Source: an uncultured Chloroflexia bacterium (GTDB lineage Bacteria; Chloroflexota; Anaerolineae; Anaerolineales; Anaerolineaceae). Taken from it: DNA of 64,000 nt. The stretch lies in contig OY969772.1 in assembly GCA_963702935.1 (NCBI GenBank), forward strand, positions 2,588,615 through 2,652,614, in the 5' to 3' direction. The notes under the pieces are model-generated. The model ran no database searches. It was not told the origin of the DNA and saw only the letters and a list, made by a program, of their open reading frames with translations. Shown here piece after piece: positions 37,932 through 47,069 of this stretch. The translations under genes were made by a program, and so were the position numbers. Each line of letters begins with the position of its first letter. The first letter of the stretch is position 1.

Positions 37932-38441
37932 CTAGCTGCTCTGGTTGGGCAGAGCTTCCTGATACTTGGTGGGGCATTTGAGCAGCAGATCGTCGGCGTA
38001 GAACACCCCGTCCTGGCCGATGTGGCCGGTCATGATCGCCTGGGCCTCGTTCTTCAATAGATCGGGCTTGACGCCTTTGTACACGATCTGAAGCTTGGAG
38101 CGGCTGGGGTCCGTCACTGCGGCGTGCAGAACGGCCGCCAGGCCGCCTTCCTTGTCGATGACACTGTTATCGCCCGGCACGTGGGCCACTGTAAAGGTGA
38201 GCGTGAGGGTCTGAGGATCATATTGGATGCTGTCTCCAATCACGGCGCCGGAGATGCGCACCTGCTGCCCGACGATGCTCTGGCCTTTCGCCTTGAGCTC
38301 ATCCACGGTAAGGAAATATTGGGCATTCGCCTGAGTGGAGGAGTAGATCAGATAGATCACGGCAGCCAGGATGAGGAGGCCGCCGATGAGGAATTTGGTG
38401 CGTTTGGTGGATTTTGGCTGAGCAGAGAGGGTTTGTTCCAT
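37932..38441 (-). CDS. ccmE: heme chaperone CcmE, CxxxY variant
   Basis: N-terminal TM, OB-fold-like body, C-terminal DDLLLKCPTKYQE. Cys sits where canonical CcmE has the heme-binding His. ATG 38441 lies 6 nt after GGAGGTG. Confidence 0.8.
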   Translation of the reverse strand: MEQTLSAQPKSTKRTKFLIGGLLILAAVIYLIYSSTQANAQYFLTVDELKAKGQSIVGQQVRISGAVIGDSIQYDPQTLTLTFTVAHVPGDNSVIDKEGGLAAVLHAAVTDPSRSKLQIVYKGVKPDLLKNEAQAIMTGHIGQDGVFYADDLLLKCPTKYQEALPNQSS

Positions 38442-38678
38442 AGAATTCACCTCCAATGGTTAGAACGCGCAAAATATATACCTTTTAAGATGGGATAAAA
38501 TCGGGAAGGATTTTTCCGTTTTCACATGCACAGCTTAATCTTACCTGAAATCCATATCATGACAAGTGAGAATATTTTAATATACAGAATTATCCCCTAT
38601 CGTATAGAAAATATCCAATATGCTCCCTGATCCATTATAACAGATTCCCCGGAAGGGCAGAAACGGATGCTGCCCGGC

Positions 38679-38838
38679 GTGTGCACGCACGAGTTGTCAG
38701 GCAGTTGGAAACTGCACCTACAAACTGCACGAAGCCAGCCTGCGCTGGCTAAAAACCAGTCGGCGAAGGCCGACTTCGTGTACTTCGTTGCAGCGATTTC
38801 AATCGCCTGAAAACGGCTGACAACCTATGCGTGCACAC
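38679..38838. mobile_element. MITE-like structured repeat, copy B (complete: TIRs plus flanking direct repeat)
   Basis: 22-nt terminal inverted repeats gtgtgcacgcacgagttgtcag (38679..38700) and ctgacaacctatgcgtgcacac (38817..38838). Flanked by tgcccggc on both sides (38671..38678 and 38839..38846). No ORF inside. Confidence 0.75.
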
Positions 38839-38878
38839 TGCCCGGCTGAAAGCAAAGGGGGTACAATTGGAGCGAGCT

Positions 38879-41002
38879 ATGAACGAACGAAGCGAGATTA
38901 TTAAAGAGCTATTATCCGTGCTGAGTCGGTATAAGGAAGAGATCGCGGCATCCTGGGCTGAGAGAATTCATCTGGCGGCAGGCTCCCAGGATGGGGACCT
39001 GAGCCGCGCTGAGATCCTCACATCTACCTTGCGTGGAGTGGGCGCGCTGATCGAAGCCTTGAGAACGAGCTCCTTCGCAACGCTGGAAGATCCCTCCGGC
39101 GAAGACTGGCTCGTCCGCGTGCAGAAGCGTTTCGAGAACGGCGGCGTAAGCGGGGCCTTGTTGCTCTGCAAGGAGGCGGCCCTGCCGTTCATCGTCTCCG
39201 CTTATCCCCAGGATGCTCCTTTGGCCTGGGCGATGGTTTCCGAATTAGATGATTGCTTGTTGCAGATGGCCGGGCAATTGAACACTTTGTCTGCCGCTGA
39301 GATGAGCCGGCAACTGAAGGATCAGCACGCGCGCATGGTGTTGATGCTGAAGGTCGTCCAGCAGGCTACCAGCTTCCTCGAGATGGACAGCGTGCTTCGT
39401 TCCGTCGCCTCGGGGATCATGGCGGCCGCGGGGGTGGATCACTGTGTCTATTATCTGGTAAGTGAAGACCAGCATCAGGTTATCCTCCGGCGCGGAATCG
39501 GCGCGTTCCCCACCCTGCCCATACCGGTGGATCCCATCCTGGATCAACCTCTAGACCCCGTATACGAGGCCTTCATCCGCCAGGTACTGGAGCAAAAACG
39601 ACCGCTGGCCAGCAACGATGTGCAAGCCGATCCCAGGGTGAATCAGCCGGTCGCCAGGGCGCTGGGATTCAAGTCCGTCCTGGCCGTGCCCCTCGTAGTT
39701 CACGACCGGGTGCTGGCGCTGGCGATGACCGGTACGGTCTCGGATTACCACCCCTTCACCGAAGAGCAGATCGAGCTGGCCGGGGGCATCGCCAGCGCCG
39801 CCGCTCTGGCCATCGAGAATGCCCGGCTGTACGAGGAGAGCCGCAAGCAGCAGGCCGAGAACCAGGGCATCCAGCGCGTCACGAGCGCCTTGCTGCAAGA
39901 GCTGGATCTGAAGGAAGTGTTGGAAATCGTTTGTCTCGAAGCGCAGCAAATGACCGGGGCCCGGGGGAGCGCGGTCTATTTTCTGGAAAGCGCAGAGGAG
40001 CTGCAATGTGTCTTTAACACCGGGGAGGAGCCTACGTTCGAGCGAGTGCCTCTCGAAGGATCTCTGGGCGGCACGGCGCTGCGCGAGGGAAAGCCGATCC
40101 TGATGAATGACCCTGCCGGCGAGAGGAGGGTATTCCGTCGCGAAGCGTCCCCCTTGAATTTGTTGGTCGTCCCTTTGATGGCGAAAGAGGATAAGATCGG
40201 CACGTTGTACATGGTCAACAAACCGGGGGGCTTTACCCCAAACGACCTGCGCTCGATTTGCATTTTTGCCGACCAGGCGGCCATCGCCATCAAGAATGCC
40301 CGGCTGCACCAGCAGATGCGCTACCTGGCCGCGCTGGAAGAACGGGATCGCCTGGCCCGTGAGATGCACGACAACGTGGCGCAATCCTTGAGCGCGCTTA
40401 AGCTGCAAGCTTCGTTCATCGGCGAGCTGCTTCGCAACGGGCAAATCGAGCAGGCGCAGAAGCAACTGGCCGAGCTGACCCAGGCGGCTACCGAGGCCCA
40501 CACGGACGTGCGTGAAGCCATTTTCAGCTTGCACAACAGCGCCAGCAACGATGCGGAGTTTCTGCCAACTTTACAGGCTTACCTGGAAAGATACCAGAAA
40601 TCCTATGGAATAAAAGCCCATTTGAGTGTGCAGCAAGGGACGGTCATCTCTCTATCGCCCAAGGCGGTGGTTCAGATGACGCGCATCATTCAGGAAGCGC
40701 TGACCAACGTGCGCAAGCATGCCCAAGCGCACACGGCCTGGGTTCGCCTGGAGCAGAAGGGCGACCTGTTAACTATCACGGTGGAGGACGACGGCCAGGG
40801 ATTTGATCCCGCCGCTATATTTGAGAGAGACAGAGATAGCGGAGGAGTTGGCTTGCAGGTCATGCGCGAGCGGGCGCAGAGCATTGGAGGAGATCTCCAG
40901 ATCGATGCTCGGCCGGGCAGGGGAACGCGCATCGTGGCCTGGACGCCACTTTCCACGAAGGATGAGAAAGAGTATGGAGCCTTTGCGCGTATTGCTGGTT
41001 GA
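38879..41002 (+). CDS. sensor histidine kinase, two GAF domains plus HisKA_3/HATPase_c (NarL-partner type)
   Basis: GAF-like blocks, ERDRLAREMHDNVAQSL (HisKA_3 H-box), EALTNVRKHA and DDGQGF...GGVGLQVMRERA. ATG 38879 is preferred because the track start 38831 lies inside the MITE. Confidence 0.85.
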   Translation: MNERSEIIKELLSVLSRYKEEIAASWAERIHLAAGSQDGDLSRAEILTSTLRGVGALIEALRTSSFATLEDPSGEDWLVRVQKRFENGGVSGALLLCKEAALPFIVSAYPQDAPLAWAMVSELDDCLLQMAGQLNTLSAAEMSRQLKDQHARMVLMLKVVQQATSFLEMDSVLRSVASGIMAAAGVDHCVYYLVSEDQHQVILRRGIGAFPTLPIPVDPILDQPLDPVYEAFIRQVLEQKRPLASNDVQADPRVNQPVARALGFKSVLAVPLVVHDRVLALAMTGTVSDYHPFTEEQIELAGGIASAAALAIENARLYEESRKQQAENQGIQRVTSALLQELDLKEVLEIVCLEAQQMTGARGSAVYFLESAEELQCVFNTGEEPTFERVPLEGSLGGTALREGKPILMNDPAGERRVFRREASPLNLLVVPLMAKEDKIGTLYMVNKPGGFTPNDLRSICIFADQAAIAIKNARLHQQMRYLAALEERDRLAREMHDNVAQSLSALKLQASFIGELLRNGQIEQAQKQLAELTQAATEAHTDVREAIFSLHNSASNDAEFLPTLQAYLERYQKSYGIKAHLSVQQGTVISLSPKAVVQMTRIIQEALTNVRKHAQAHTAWVRLEQKGDLLTITVEDDGQGFDPAAIFERDRDSGGVGLQVMRERAQSIGGDLQIDARPGRGTRIVAWTPLSTKDEKEYGAFARIAG

Positions 41003-41637
41003 CGATCACAAGCTATTTCGCCAGGGAGTCCAATCCTTGCTGGCTTCGCGCCCGGATTTCGAGGTGGTGGGCAGCGCCGGAGATGGGTTCGAGGCCATCC
41101 GCCTCGCGCGCGAGACCATGCCCGACGTCATTCTAATGGACGTCGAGATGCCCCGCTGTAACGGGCTGGAAGCCACCCAGCAGATCAAGCGCGAGCTGCC
41201 GCACATCAAGATCATCATGCTTACGGTGGTTGACGACGATGAGGTGGTCTTCGAGGCGATCAAAAGCGGCGCCCAGGGATACCTGCTCAAGGATCTTGAA
41301 GCGCGCCAATTATTCGAGATGTTAGAGGGCCTTCGGCGTGGCGAAGCGCCCCTCTCTGGCGGCATCGCCGCCAAGATCCTGGAAGAATTTTCGCACATGG
41401 AAGCGGCTCCCAGCGCACAGCCGCGCGTTGGCGAGGAGCTTTCGGAACGGGAGCACAAAGTTCTGGAGCTCATGGTGGCCGGCAAGAGCAATAAAGAGAT
41501 CGCGGAAGCCCTGGTCATCACAGAGAACACGGTCAAGACTTCACCTGACCAATATCCTGGCCAAGCTGCACTTGCAGAACCGCATTCAGGCGGCGGTATA
41601 CGCGGTGTCCCGTGGGCTGGTAAAGCCCCCTATCTAG
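40974..41637 (+). pseudogene. NarL/LuxR-family response regulator; frameshifted in the HTH as assembled
   Basis: MEPLRVLLVDDHKLFRQGV...DVILMDVEMP receiver, then LSEREHKVLELMVAGKSNKEIAEALVITENTVKT. The HTH continues in ORF 41338..41637 frame as HLTNILAKLHLQNRIQAAVYA. One extra T at 41540..41541. Confidence 0.85.
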
Positions 41638-41676
41638 AGCCAAGAACCCCTCTGGGGGATGGACGCCATGCACTTT

Positions 41677-41747
41677 CCCCCGAATGGGGGAAAGTCCCCC
41701 GAATGGGGGAAAGTCCCCCGAACGGGGGAAAGTCCCCCGAATGGGGG
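41677..41747. repeat. tandem 19-nt repeat, about 3.7 units of cccccgaatgggggaaagt
   Basis: Units start at 41677, 41696, 41715 and 41734. Each contains CCCCC-GAAY-GGGGG, a 5-bp hairpin. Located about 40 nt after the corrected regulator stop. Confidence 0.85.
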
Positions 41748-41774
41748 ATGGAAAGATGCTCAGCCTCCCCCAAC

Positions 41775-41820
41775 CCAATGAGAGGAACGATCCAAAGATC
41801 GCTCCTCTCATTGGATTTTA
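41775..41820 (+). terminator. long stem-loop, probable terminator of the kinase/regulator operon
   Basis: ccaatgagaggaacgatc-caaa-gatcgctcctctcattgg followed by atttta. Confidence 0.55.
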
Positions 41821-41899
41821 ATCCCTCGGTTCGGCGTTAACACGCGCGAACCGATATGCTATGCTGTACCTTGTACTTCCCGCACGTACAGAGGCCAGG

Positions 41900-42245
41900 A
41901 TGATGAAACGCATCTTCATTTGCTCCCCCCGATCCATGTTCAGCCAGGGCCTCGAGAAATTGCTGGACGAAGAACCGGGCATAGAAGTAGTCGGCTGGGA
42001 GAGCCGTCCAGAAGAGGCCATTCGCTGCATTAAGGAAGTGCAGCCGGACGTGGTGCTCTTCGTAACGAGCGTTCAGGCGCGTCCAACCGGGCTGGATGGG
42101 CAATGCCTCATGCGAGAGGGCATCAAGACTTCTCATCATTGAGATGAGCCTGGAAGATGAGATCATGTGCGTCTACTGCGGGGAGCAGCGGGCCGTCAAG
42201 GAGGTTGGGGATTTAGTGAGGGTCATCGAGCAACCCCTCACCTGA
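41900..42245 (+). pseudogene. small degenerate receiver-like protein (no phospho-acceptor Asp); frameshifted as assembled
   Basis: MMKRIFICSPRSMFSQGLEKLLDEEPGIEVVGWESRPEEAIRCIKEVQPDVVLFV aligns to NarL-type receivers, but DD becomes SP and the acceptor D becomes V. After ...REGIK the sense continues one frame over as LLIIEMSLEDEIMCVYCGEQRAVKEVGDLVRVIEQPLT, stopping at 42243..42245. Confidence 0.5.
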
Positions 42246-42340
42246 TCTTCCAGAGCCTCGCGTATTGAAACCACGAGATGCGTGTCTTTATCCGCTTATC
42301 GGAGGAGACACGTTTCTCTCCTTCACACTTTATCAGGAAG

Positions 42341-42985
42341 ATGTCCATGTTCAAACGCAAACCAAAAGCTCAGCAAGAAGGAAAAGGTCAAGAAGGAGGA
42401 GAGCCTGAAAGCCGGCCGGCGCCTAAAAAGCCCAACTGGCTGAAGATCAGCATCTACGCCAACGTGGCCGTGCTGGTGATCGTGGTCATCGTAGCCGCCG
42501 GGGGAGTCGTCATCCACCAGTCCGACACCAACCCCTCCTTCTGCGCGACCTGCCACATCATGCAGACCAACGTGACCTCTTACCTGACCAGCTCCAACCT
42601 GGATCACGTGCACGAACAGGCCGGGGTGCAGTGCAAGGACTGCCACGACTATCCCCTCTCAGCCGAGATCAGCAGCGGATTCAATTACCTGATCGGCAAC
42701 TACACCGTAGATGCGAACGGCGCTTTAGTGCAGCGCAAATTCGACGACGCCATGTGCACCCAGTGCCACATCAGCGAGGAGCACGTGGCCCAGTTGACGG
42801 ACTTCCTGTACCGCAACCCGCACGACAGCCACAACGGCTATCTGCCGTGCAGCACCTGCCACGTCTCGCACGGCGAGCAGATCGATTATTGCGCGCAATG
42901 CCACGACAACGGCGGGCAGCGCATGATCGGTGAGGAGATTACTCCGCGGGGGACGATCGGCGGATCTGCGTCGTCCTCCCAGTAA
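42341..42985 (+). CDS. membrane-anchored multiheme c-type cytochrome, NapC/NirT-like, five CxxCH motifs
   Basis: N-terminal TM (ISIYANVAVLVIVVIVAAGGVVI). CATCH, CKDCH, CTQCH, CSTCH and CAQCH. Confidence 0.85.
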   Translation: MSMFKRKPKAQQEGKGQEGGEPESRPAPKKPNWLKISIYANVAVLVIVVIVAAGGVVIHQSDTNPSFCATCHIMQTNVTSYLTSSNLDHVHEQAGVQCKDCHDYPLSAEISSGFNYLIGNYTVDANGALVQRKFDDAMCTQCHISEEHVAQLTDFLYRNPHDSHNGYLPCSTCHVSHGEQIDYCAQCHDNGGQRMIGEEITPRGTIGGSASSSQ

Positions 42986-43077
42986 GGCAGCGGTTAGATA
43001 GGGGATAACCATCTGCCGTTAAGCGTGAAGCGCCGGCTCCTACGAAGGAGCCGGCGCTTTGCTTCATCCTTCCGAAA

Positions 43078-44019
43078 TTAATTGCCTCGCAGACGGGTGC
43101 CGCACGCGCGGCAGAAGAGATCGCCGGGCACGGCGCGCTTTCCGCATTCGTGGCAATACAGGCTGTCGTCGCTGGCGGCCAGCAGCTCCCCGTTGACGCG
43201 TTTGGAGACGTGGCGCTTGCGCCCACCAGAAGATTCCTCCTGCCCCGCCCGGATGTACCAGAATACACCGCCGGCCACCAGGAGCACGCCCAGTCCGCCA
43301 AAGATCCAGGGGAGCACGTCTTTGGGGGTGGGGCTGCGCCCAACCGTGTTATCGCTGATGGGCGTGCTGGGCACGACTTGCAGCGCTTCGACGCTGAGCT
43401 TATCGTTGTCCTTCTGGTAACTGAGCTTGACGTTGAACGTCTGCCCGGCCTGGATGGCGCCCTCGATGCCCGTGTAGTACACCACCCCACCGTCGCCAGA
43501 CAAGCCCGTGCCCAGGGAAGGGGAGATTTGCATGCCCGTCGCGCCGATGGGCTGCTGAACCTGGATCGTCAGGGCGGCGATGGCGTAATCGCCCGGCCAT
43601 CGGTAGGTGTAGCTGCGCGTAGAACCATTACGGGTCAATTGGGGATCGTAATACTCGAATTGGATCTCCTGCCCTGGGGTGGTAAAGCTGATGACTGCCT
43701 GGTCGCCCTGCACGGTGCGGGAATGCGCCAGGTTGTAAAGCTGGCCGTCTGTTTCCCGCACGGCCAGGTTATAAGGATCGCCGGCCGACGCCGGAATGTG
43801 CAGGGAAACATTCGCGGGCAGGGTGGTTCCCGGGGCCAGGAAGAGGTGGTAAATGACCAGCATGGAAGGCTTATCATACTCCGGCCACAGGTCGAGCTCC
43901 ATCTTGGAGAGGGTAACGGTATCCTGCGCCTGGGCCGCCGTGGGCCAGGCCAGCCCCAGGGCCAATATTAAGAGCAACAACCACTTCCGCATACCCTTCC
44001 TCCTCAAGATGTCCGCCAA
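43078..44019 (-). CDS. secreted beta-rich domain protein with TM anchor and cytoplasmic zinc ribbon
   Basis: Signal peptide MRKWLLLLILALGLAWPTAAQA. An extracytoplasmic domain of about 210 aa, TM WIFGGLGVLLVAGGVFWYI, and C-terminal YCHECGKRAVPGDLFCRACG. Confidence 0.7.
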   Translation of the reverse strand: MADILRRKGMRKWLLLLILALGLAWPTAAQAQDTVTLSKMELDLWPEYDKPSMLVIYHLFLAPGTTLPANVSLHIPASAGDPYNLAVRETDGQLYNLAHSRTVQGDQAVISFTTPGQEIQFEYYDPQLTRNGSTRSYTYRWPGDYAIAALTIQVQQPIGATGMQISPSLGTGLSGDGGVVYYTGIEGAIQAGQTFNVKLSYQKDNDKLSVEALQVVPSTPISDNTVGRSPTPKDVLPWIFGGLGVLLVAGGVFWYIRAGQEESSGGRKRHVSKRVNGELLAASDDSLYCHECGKRAVPGDLFCRACGTRLRGN

Positions 44020-44070
44020 CGGCCACCCGTACGATCAACCTTTAGAATTTATCCTAAAAATCGTGAGCAT

Positions 44071-44170
44071 GTCATTGCGAGGAGCGCCGCCCAGCGTATG
44101 CGACGAAGCAATCTCATTGCCAGCCTTGAGATTGCTTCACCCCGGGAAGAACACCGGGGTTCGCAATGAC
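44071..44170. repeat. nested palindromic element (outer 10-bp stem enclosing two hairpins)
   Basis: gtcattgcga (44071..44080) pairs with tcgcaatgac (44161..44170). gaagcaatctc (44105..44115) pairs with gagattgcttc (44128..44138). Then ccccgg...ccgggg. Confidence 0.7.
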
Positions 44171-44421
44171 ACAGGTAGGATAGGCTCTTAATAGATAGAA
44201 GGAACAGAACTTATCCTATCGTCTGGTAAATGTTATATTACCATGTCTGCTATCCGGGGAAAAGGATAACGAGGGTTGTATTTACCATCTTTTAAGAAAC
44301 ATCTAATCTTAATTCATGTTACAATTTTAATCGTTCAAATTAGCAGCCTCTTCTCGAAGAGTGGGGCAGCTTTCTCCCGATCGTCGAGAAGAACCCATTA
44401 ACAGTTCACAGGAGTGAGTGG

Positions 44422-44841
44422 ATGTCAGCGATTAAAACTGCACTGACCGGATATACCCGCTACCGCGGGGAGGTGGGACATTGGAGTTTTTTATTGCACC
44501 GCATCACCGGCTTGGGAACCTTGCTCTTTCTCACTGTTCACATCCTCGATACGGCGACCGTCTATTTCTTCCCTAACCTTTATGCAGGCGCCATTGCTTT
44601 GTACCGTACCACGCCGGCCGGCCTGGGCGAGATCGTGCTGGTCTTCTGCGTGCTCTATCACGGTGTGAACGGCTTGCGCATAGCGATCACAGACATGTAC
44701 GTTTCTCGCGGGTGGAACATCCCCGCCGAGCGTAGCGTCGCGCGTTGGACGCTGATCGCCAGCCTGATCTTGTGGGCGCCGGCGGCGGTGCTGATGTTGC
44801 GCGCCATCCTGTTCTATAATTATCATCTGTTCGGCGGGTAG
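44422..44841 (+). CDS. sdhC: succinate dehydrogenase/fumarate reductase cytochrome b subunit
   Basis: 139 aa, 3 TM, WSFLLHRITG motif. First gene of an sdh operon. Confidence 0.8.
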   Translation: MSAIKTALTGYTRYRGEVGHWSFLLHRITGLGTLLFLTVHILDTATVYFFPNLYAGAIALYRTTPAGLGEIVLVFCVLYHGVNGLRIAITDMYVSRGWNIPAERSVARWTLIASLILWAPAAVLMLRAILFYNYHLFGG

Positions 44842-44850
44842 GAGGCAAGC

Positions 44851-45240
44851 ATGGCTACGAATACGGAAGTTACTCCCACCCCGCGCCGCGTGTCGGTTCC
44901 CGGCAACTTCGAGACTGTGGCCTGGAAATGGATGCGCTACAGCGCCATCCTGCTCATCCCGCTGGTGTGGATCCACGTCATGCTGCAAGACGTGTTGGTC
45001 GGCGTGCACCAGATCAACCTGGATTACGTGGCGTTGCGTTGGGCGAACCTGGGCTGGCGCGTCTACGACGTGCTCCTTTTGGGATTCGCCTTTGCCCACG
45101 GCATGAACGGACTGCGCCAGGTGCTGAATGATTATTTCCACACCGACGGGGCGCGCCGGGCCTTCTCCTGGCTGTTGCTCATTGCCTGGGCGCTCATTAC
45201 CGGGATCGGCGGGGCGGCCATCATTGGCGGCGTCAGATAA
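44851..45240 (+). CDS. sdhD: succinate dehydrogenase hydrophobic membrane anchor subunit
   Basis: 129 aa, 3 TM. Lies between sdhC and sdhA. Confidence 0.7.
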   Translation: MATNTEVTPTPRRVSVPGNFETVAWKWMRYSAILLIPLVWIHVMLQDVLVGVHQINLDYVALRWANLGWRVYDVLLLGFAFAHGMNGLRQVLNDYFHTDGARRAFSWLLLIAWALITGIGGAAIIGGVR

Positions 45241-45261
45241 TCCATTTACGGAGACTTTCTT

Positions 45262-47055
45262 ATGACCCAAGAGCATCAATTCGATGTCGTGATCGTCGGC
45301 GGGGGAGGAGCGGGTCTGATGGCTGCCCTGTACGCTTCACGCACTGTGAAGACCGCCGTGGTGAGCAAGCTGTATCCCATCCGTTCGCACACCGGAGCGG
45401 CCCAGGGCGGGATTGGAGCGGCCCTGGGAAACATCGAGGAAGACCACGCGGAGTGGCACACCTACGATACCGTCAAGGGCAGTGATTACCTGGGCGACCA
45501 GGATGCCATCGAGTTTATGTGCGGAGAGGCCATCCAGGCCGTCTACGAGCTCGAGCACATGGGGCTGCCCTTCTCGCGCACACCCGATGGGCGCATCAAT
45601 CAGCGCCCCTTCGGCGGCCATACCAACAACGTGACCGGCAAGCCGGTGCGGCGCGCCTGCTACGCCGCCGATCGCACCGGGCACATGATCTTGCAGACGC
45701 TCTACCAGCAATGCATCAAAAACGAGACTACCTTCTTCAATGAGTTCCAGGTGCTGGACTTCATCCTGGTAAACGGCCAGGCCGCCGGGGTGGTAGCGCT
45801 CGAATTGGCCACCGGCGAGCTGCACATCTTCCGGGCCAAGGCCGTCATCGTGGCCACCGGGGGGTTTGGGCGCATCTGGGAGATCACCTCGAACGCTTAC
45901 GCTTTCACCGGCGACGGGGTGGCCGTGGCCTTGCGCCGCGGCATTCCCATCCAGGACATGGAGTTCTTTCAGATCCACCCGACCGGGATTTACCGGCTCG
46001 GCATCTTGATCACCGAGGCCGTGCGCGGTGAAGGCGGGGTCTTGGTCAACAGCAAGGGCGAGCGCTTTATGGATCGCTACGCCCCGCACGTCAAGGACCT
46101 GGCCTCGCGTGACGTGGTCAGCCGGGCCATGTACCTGGAGATGCGCGACGGTCGCGGCATCGACGGCAAGCGCTTCCTGAATCTGGACATTCGCCCCGAG
46201 ACGGTCAATCATTACGCCGAGATCGACGGGCGCACGCGTCCGGATGGCTCGCCCTACCGGGTCACCGGCGAGGAGATCCTGCGCAAGATCCCCGATATCG
46301 TCGACTTTTGCAAGACTTACCTGGGGGTAGACCCCATCACCCAGCCGATGCCGGTGCAGCCCACGGCCCATTACGCCATGGGCGGCATCCCCACCGACAT
46401 GGTCGGGCGCGTGGTGATCGACGATAAACACACTGTTTTTCCCGGCCTGTACGCGGCCGGCGAATGCGCTTGCGTCTCGGTGCACGGCGCTAACCGCCTG
46501 GGGACGAACTCGCTGGTGGACATCCTCGTGTTTGGCAAGCACGCCGGCCTGGACGCGGCGCAATATGCCAAGGGGGCTTCCTTCCAGCCGGTCCCGGCGG
46601 ACGCGACCGATTTCAGCCTGGCCCAGACCAACGGCTTGCTGAGCGAGACCGGTAAAGAGAATGTGACCGATATCTCCCGCGAGATGAAGTCTGTGATGTT
46701 CGAAAAGATGGGAGTTTTCCGCACCGAGGAAAGCATCCAGGAGGCCCTGGACAAAGTGCGCGAGCTGAAGGAACGCTTTAAGCACGTTACCATCAAGGAC
46801 CACGGCAAGGTCTTCAATACCGAGCTGACGAACGCCTGGGAGCTGAGCAACCTGCTGGACCTGGCCGAGGTGACCACCGTCTCGGCGCTGGCGCGCAAGG
46901 AAAGCCGGGGCGCCCACGCTCGCGAAGACTACCCCAAGCGCGACGACCAGAACTGGCTGAAACATACGCTGGCATGGATGGAGGATGGCAAGATCAGGCT
47001 GGGTTATAAACCCGTCGTGATTACGAAATATCAGCCCAAGGAACGTGTTTATTAA
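45262..47055 (+). CDS. sdhA: succinate dehydrogenase flavoprotein subunit
   Basis: [27 protein letters not shown] (FAD-linking His), HPTG and [15 protein letters not shown]. Confidence 0.95.
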   Translation: MTQEHQFDVVIVGGGGAGLMAALYASRTVKTAVVSKLYPIRSHTGAAQGGIGAALGNIEEDHAEWHTYDTVKGSDYLGDQDAIEFMCGEAIQAVYELEHMGLPFSRTPDGRINQRPFGGHTNNVTGKPVRRACYAADRTGHMILQTLYQQCIKNETTFFNEFQVLDFILVNGQAAGVVALELATGELHIFRAKAVIVATGGFGRIWEITSNAYAFTGDGVAVALRRGIPIQDMEFFQIHPTGIYRLGILITEAVRGEGGVLVNSKGERFMDRYAPHVKDLASRDVVSRAMYLEMRDGRGIDGKRFLNLDIRPETVNHYAEIDGRTRPDGSPYRVTGEEILRKIPDIVDFCKTYLGVDPITQPMPVQPTAHYAMGGIPTDMVGRVVIDDKHTVFPGLYAAGECACVSVHGANRLGTNSLVDILVFGKHAGLDAAQYAKGASFQPVPADATDFSLAQTNGLLSETGKENVTDISREMKSVMFEKMGVFRTEESIQEALDKVRELKERFKHVTIKDHGKVFNTELTNAWELSNLLDLAEVTTVSALARKESRGAHAREDYPKRDDQNWLKHTLAWMEDGKIRLGYKPVVITKYQPKERVY

Positions 47056-47069
47056 TCGGGAGAGCTTCC

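Noticed and set aside
38831-38878. Kinase start at GTG 38831
   Set aside because: It lies inside the right inverted repeat of the MITE. ATG 38879 has a GGAG 8 nt upstream and begins a sensible N-terminus (MNERSEIIKELL).
41677-41747. CRISPR array
   Set aside because: The repeats are only 19 nt, directly adjacent with no spacers, and no cas genes are present.
40803-41840. 345-aa ORF as a long response regulator with a Pro/Gly/Trp-rich tail
   Set aside because: The N-terminal part overlaps the kinase C-terminus. The tail is a translation of the 19-nt tandem repeat, and the real HTH continues one frame over.
45337-46965. 542-aa minus-strand ORF across sdhA
   Set aside because: Antisense shadow of the flavoprotein gene, which has canonical FAD-binding motifs.
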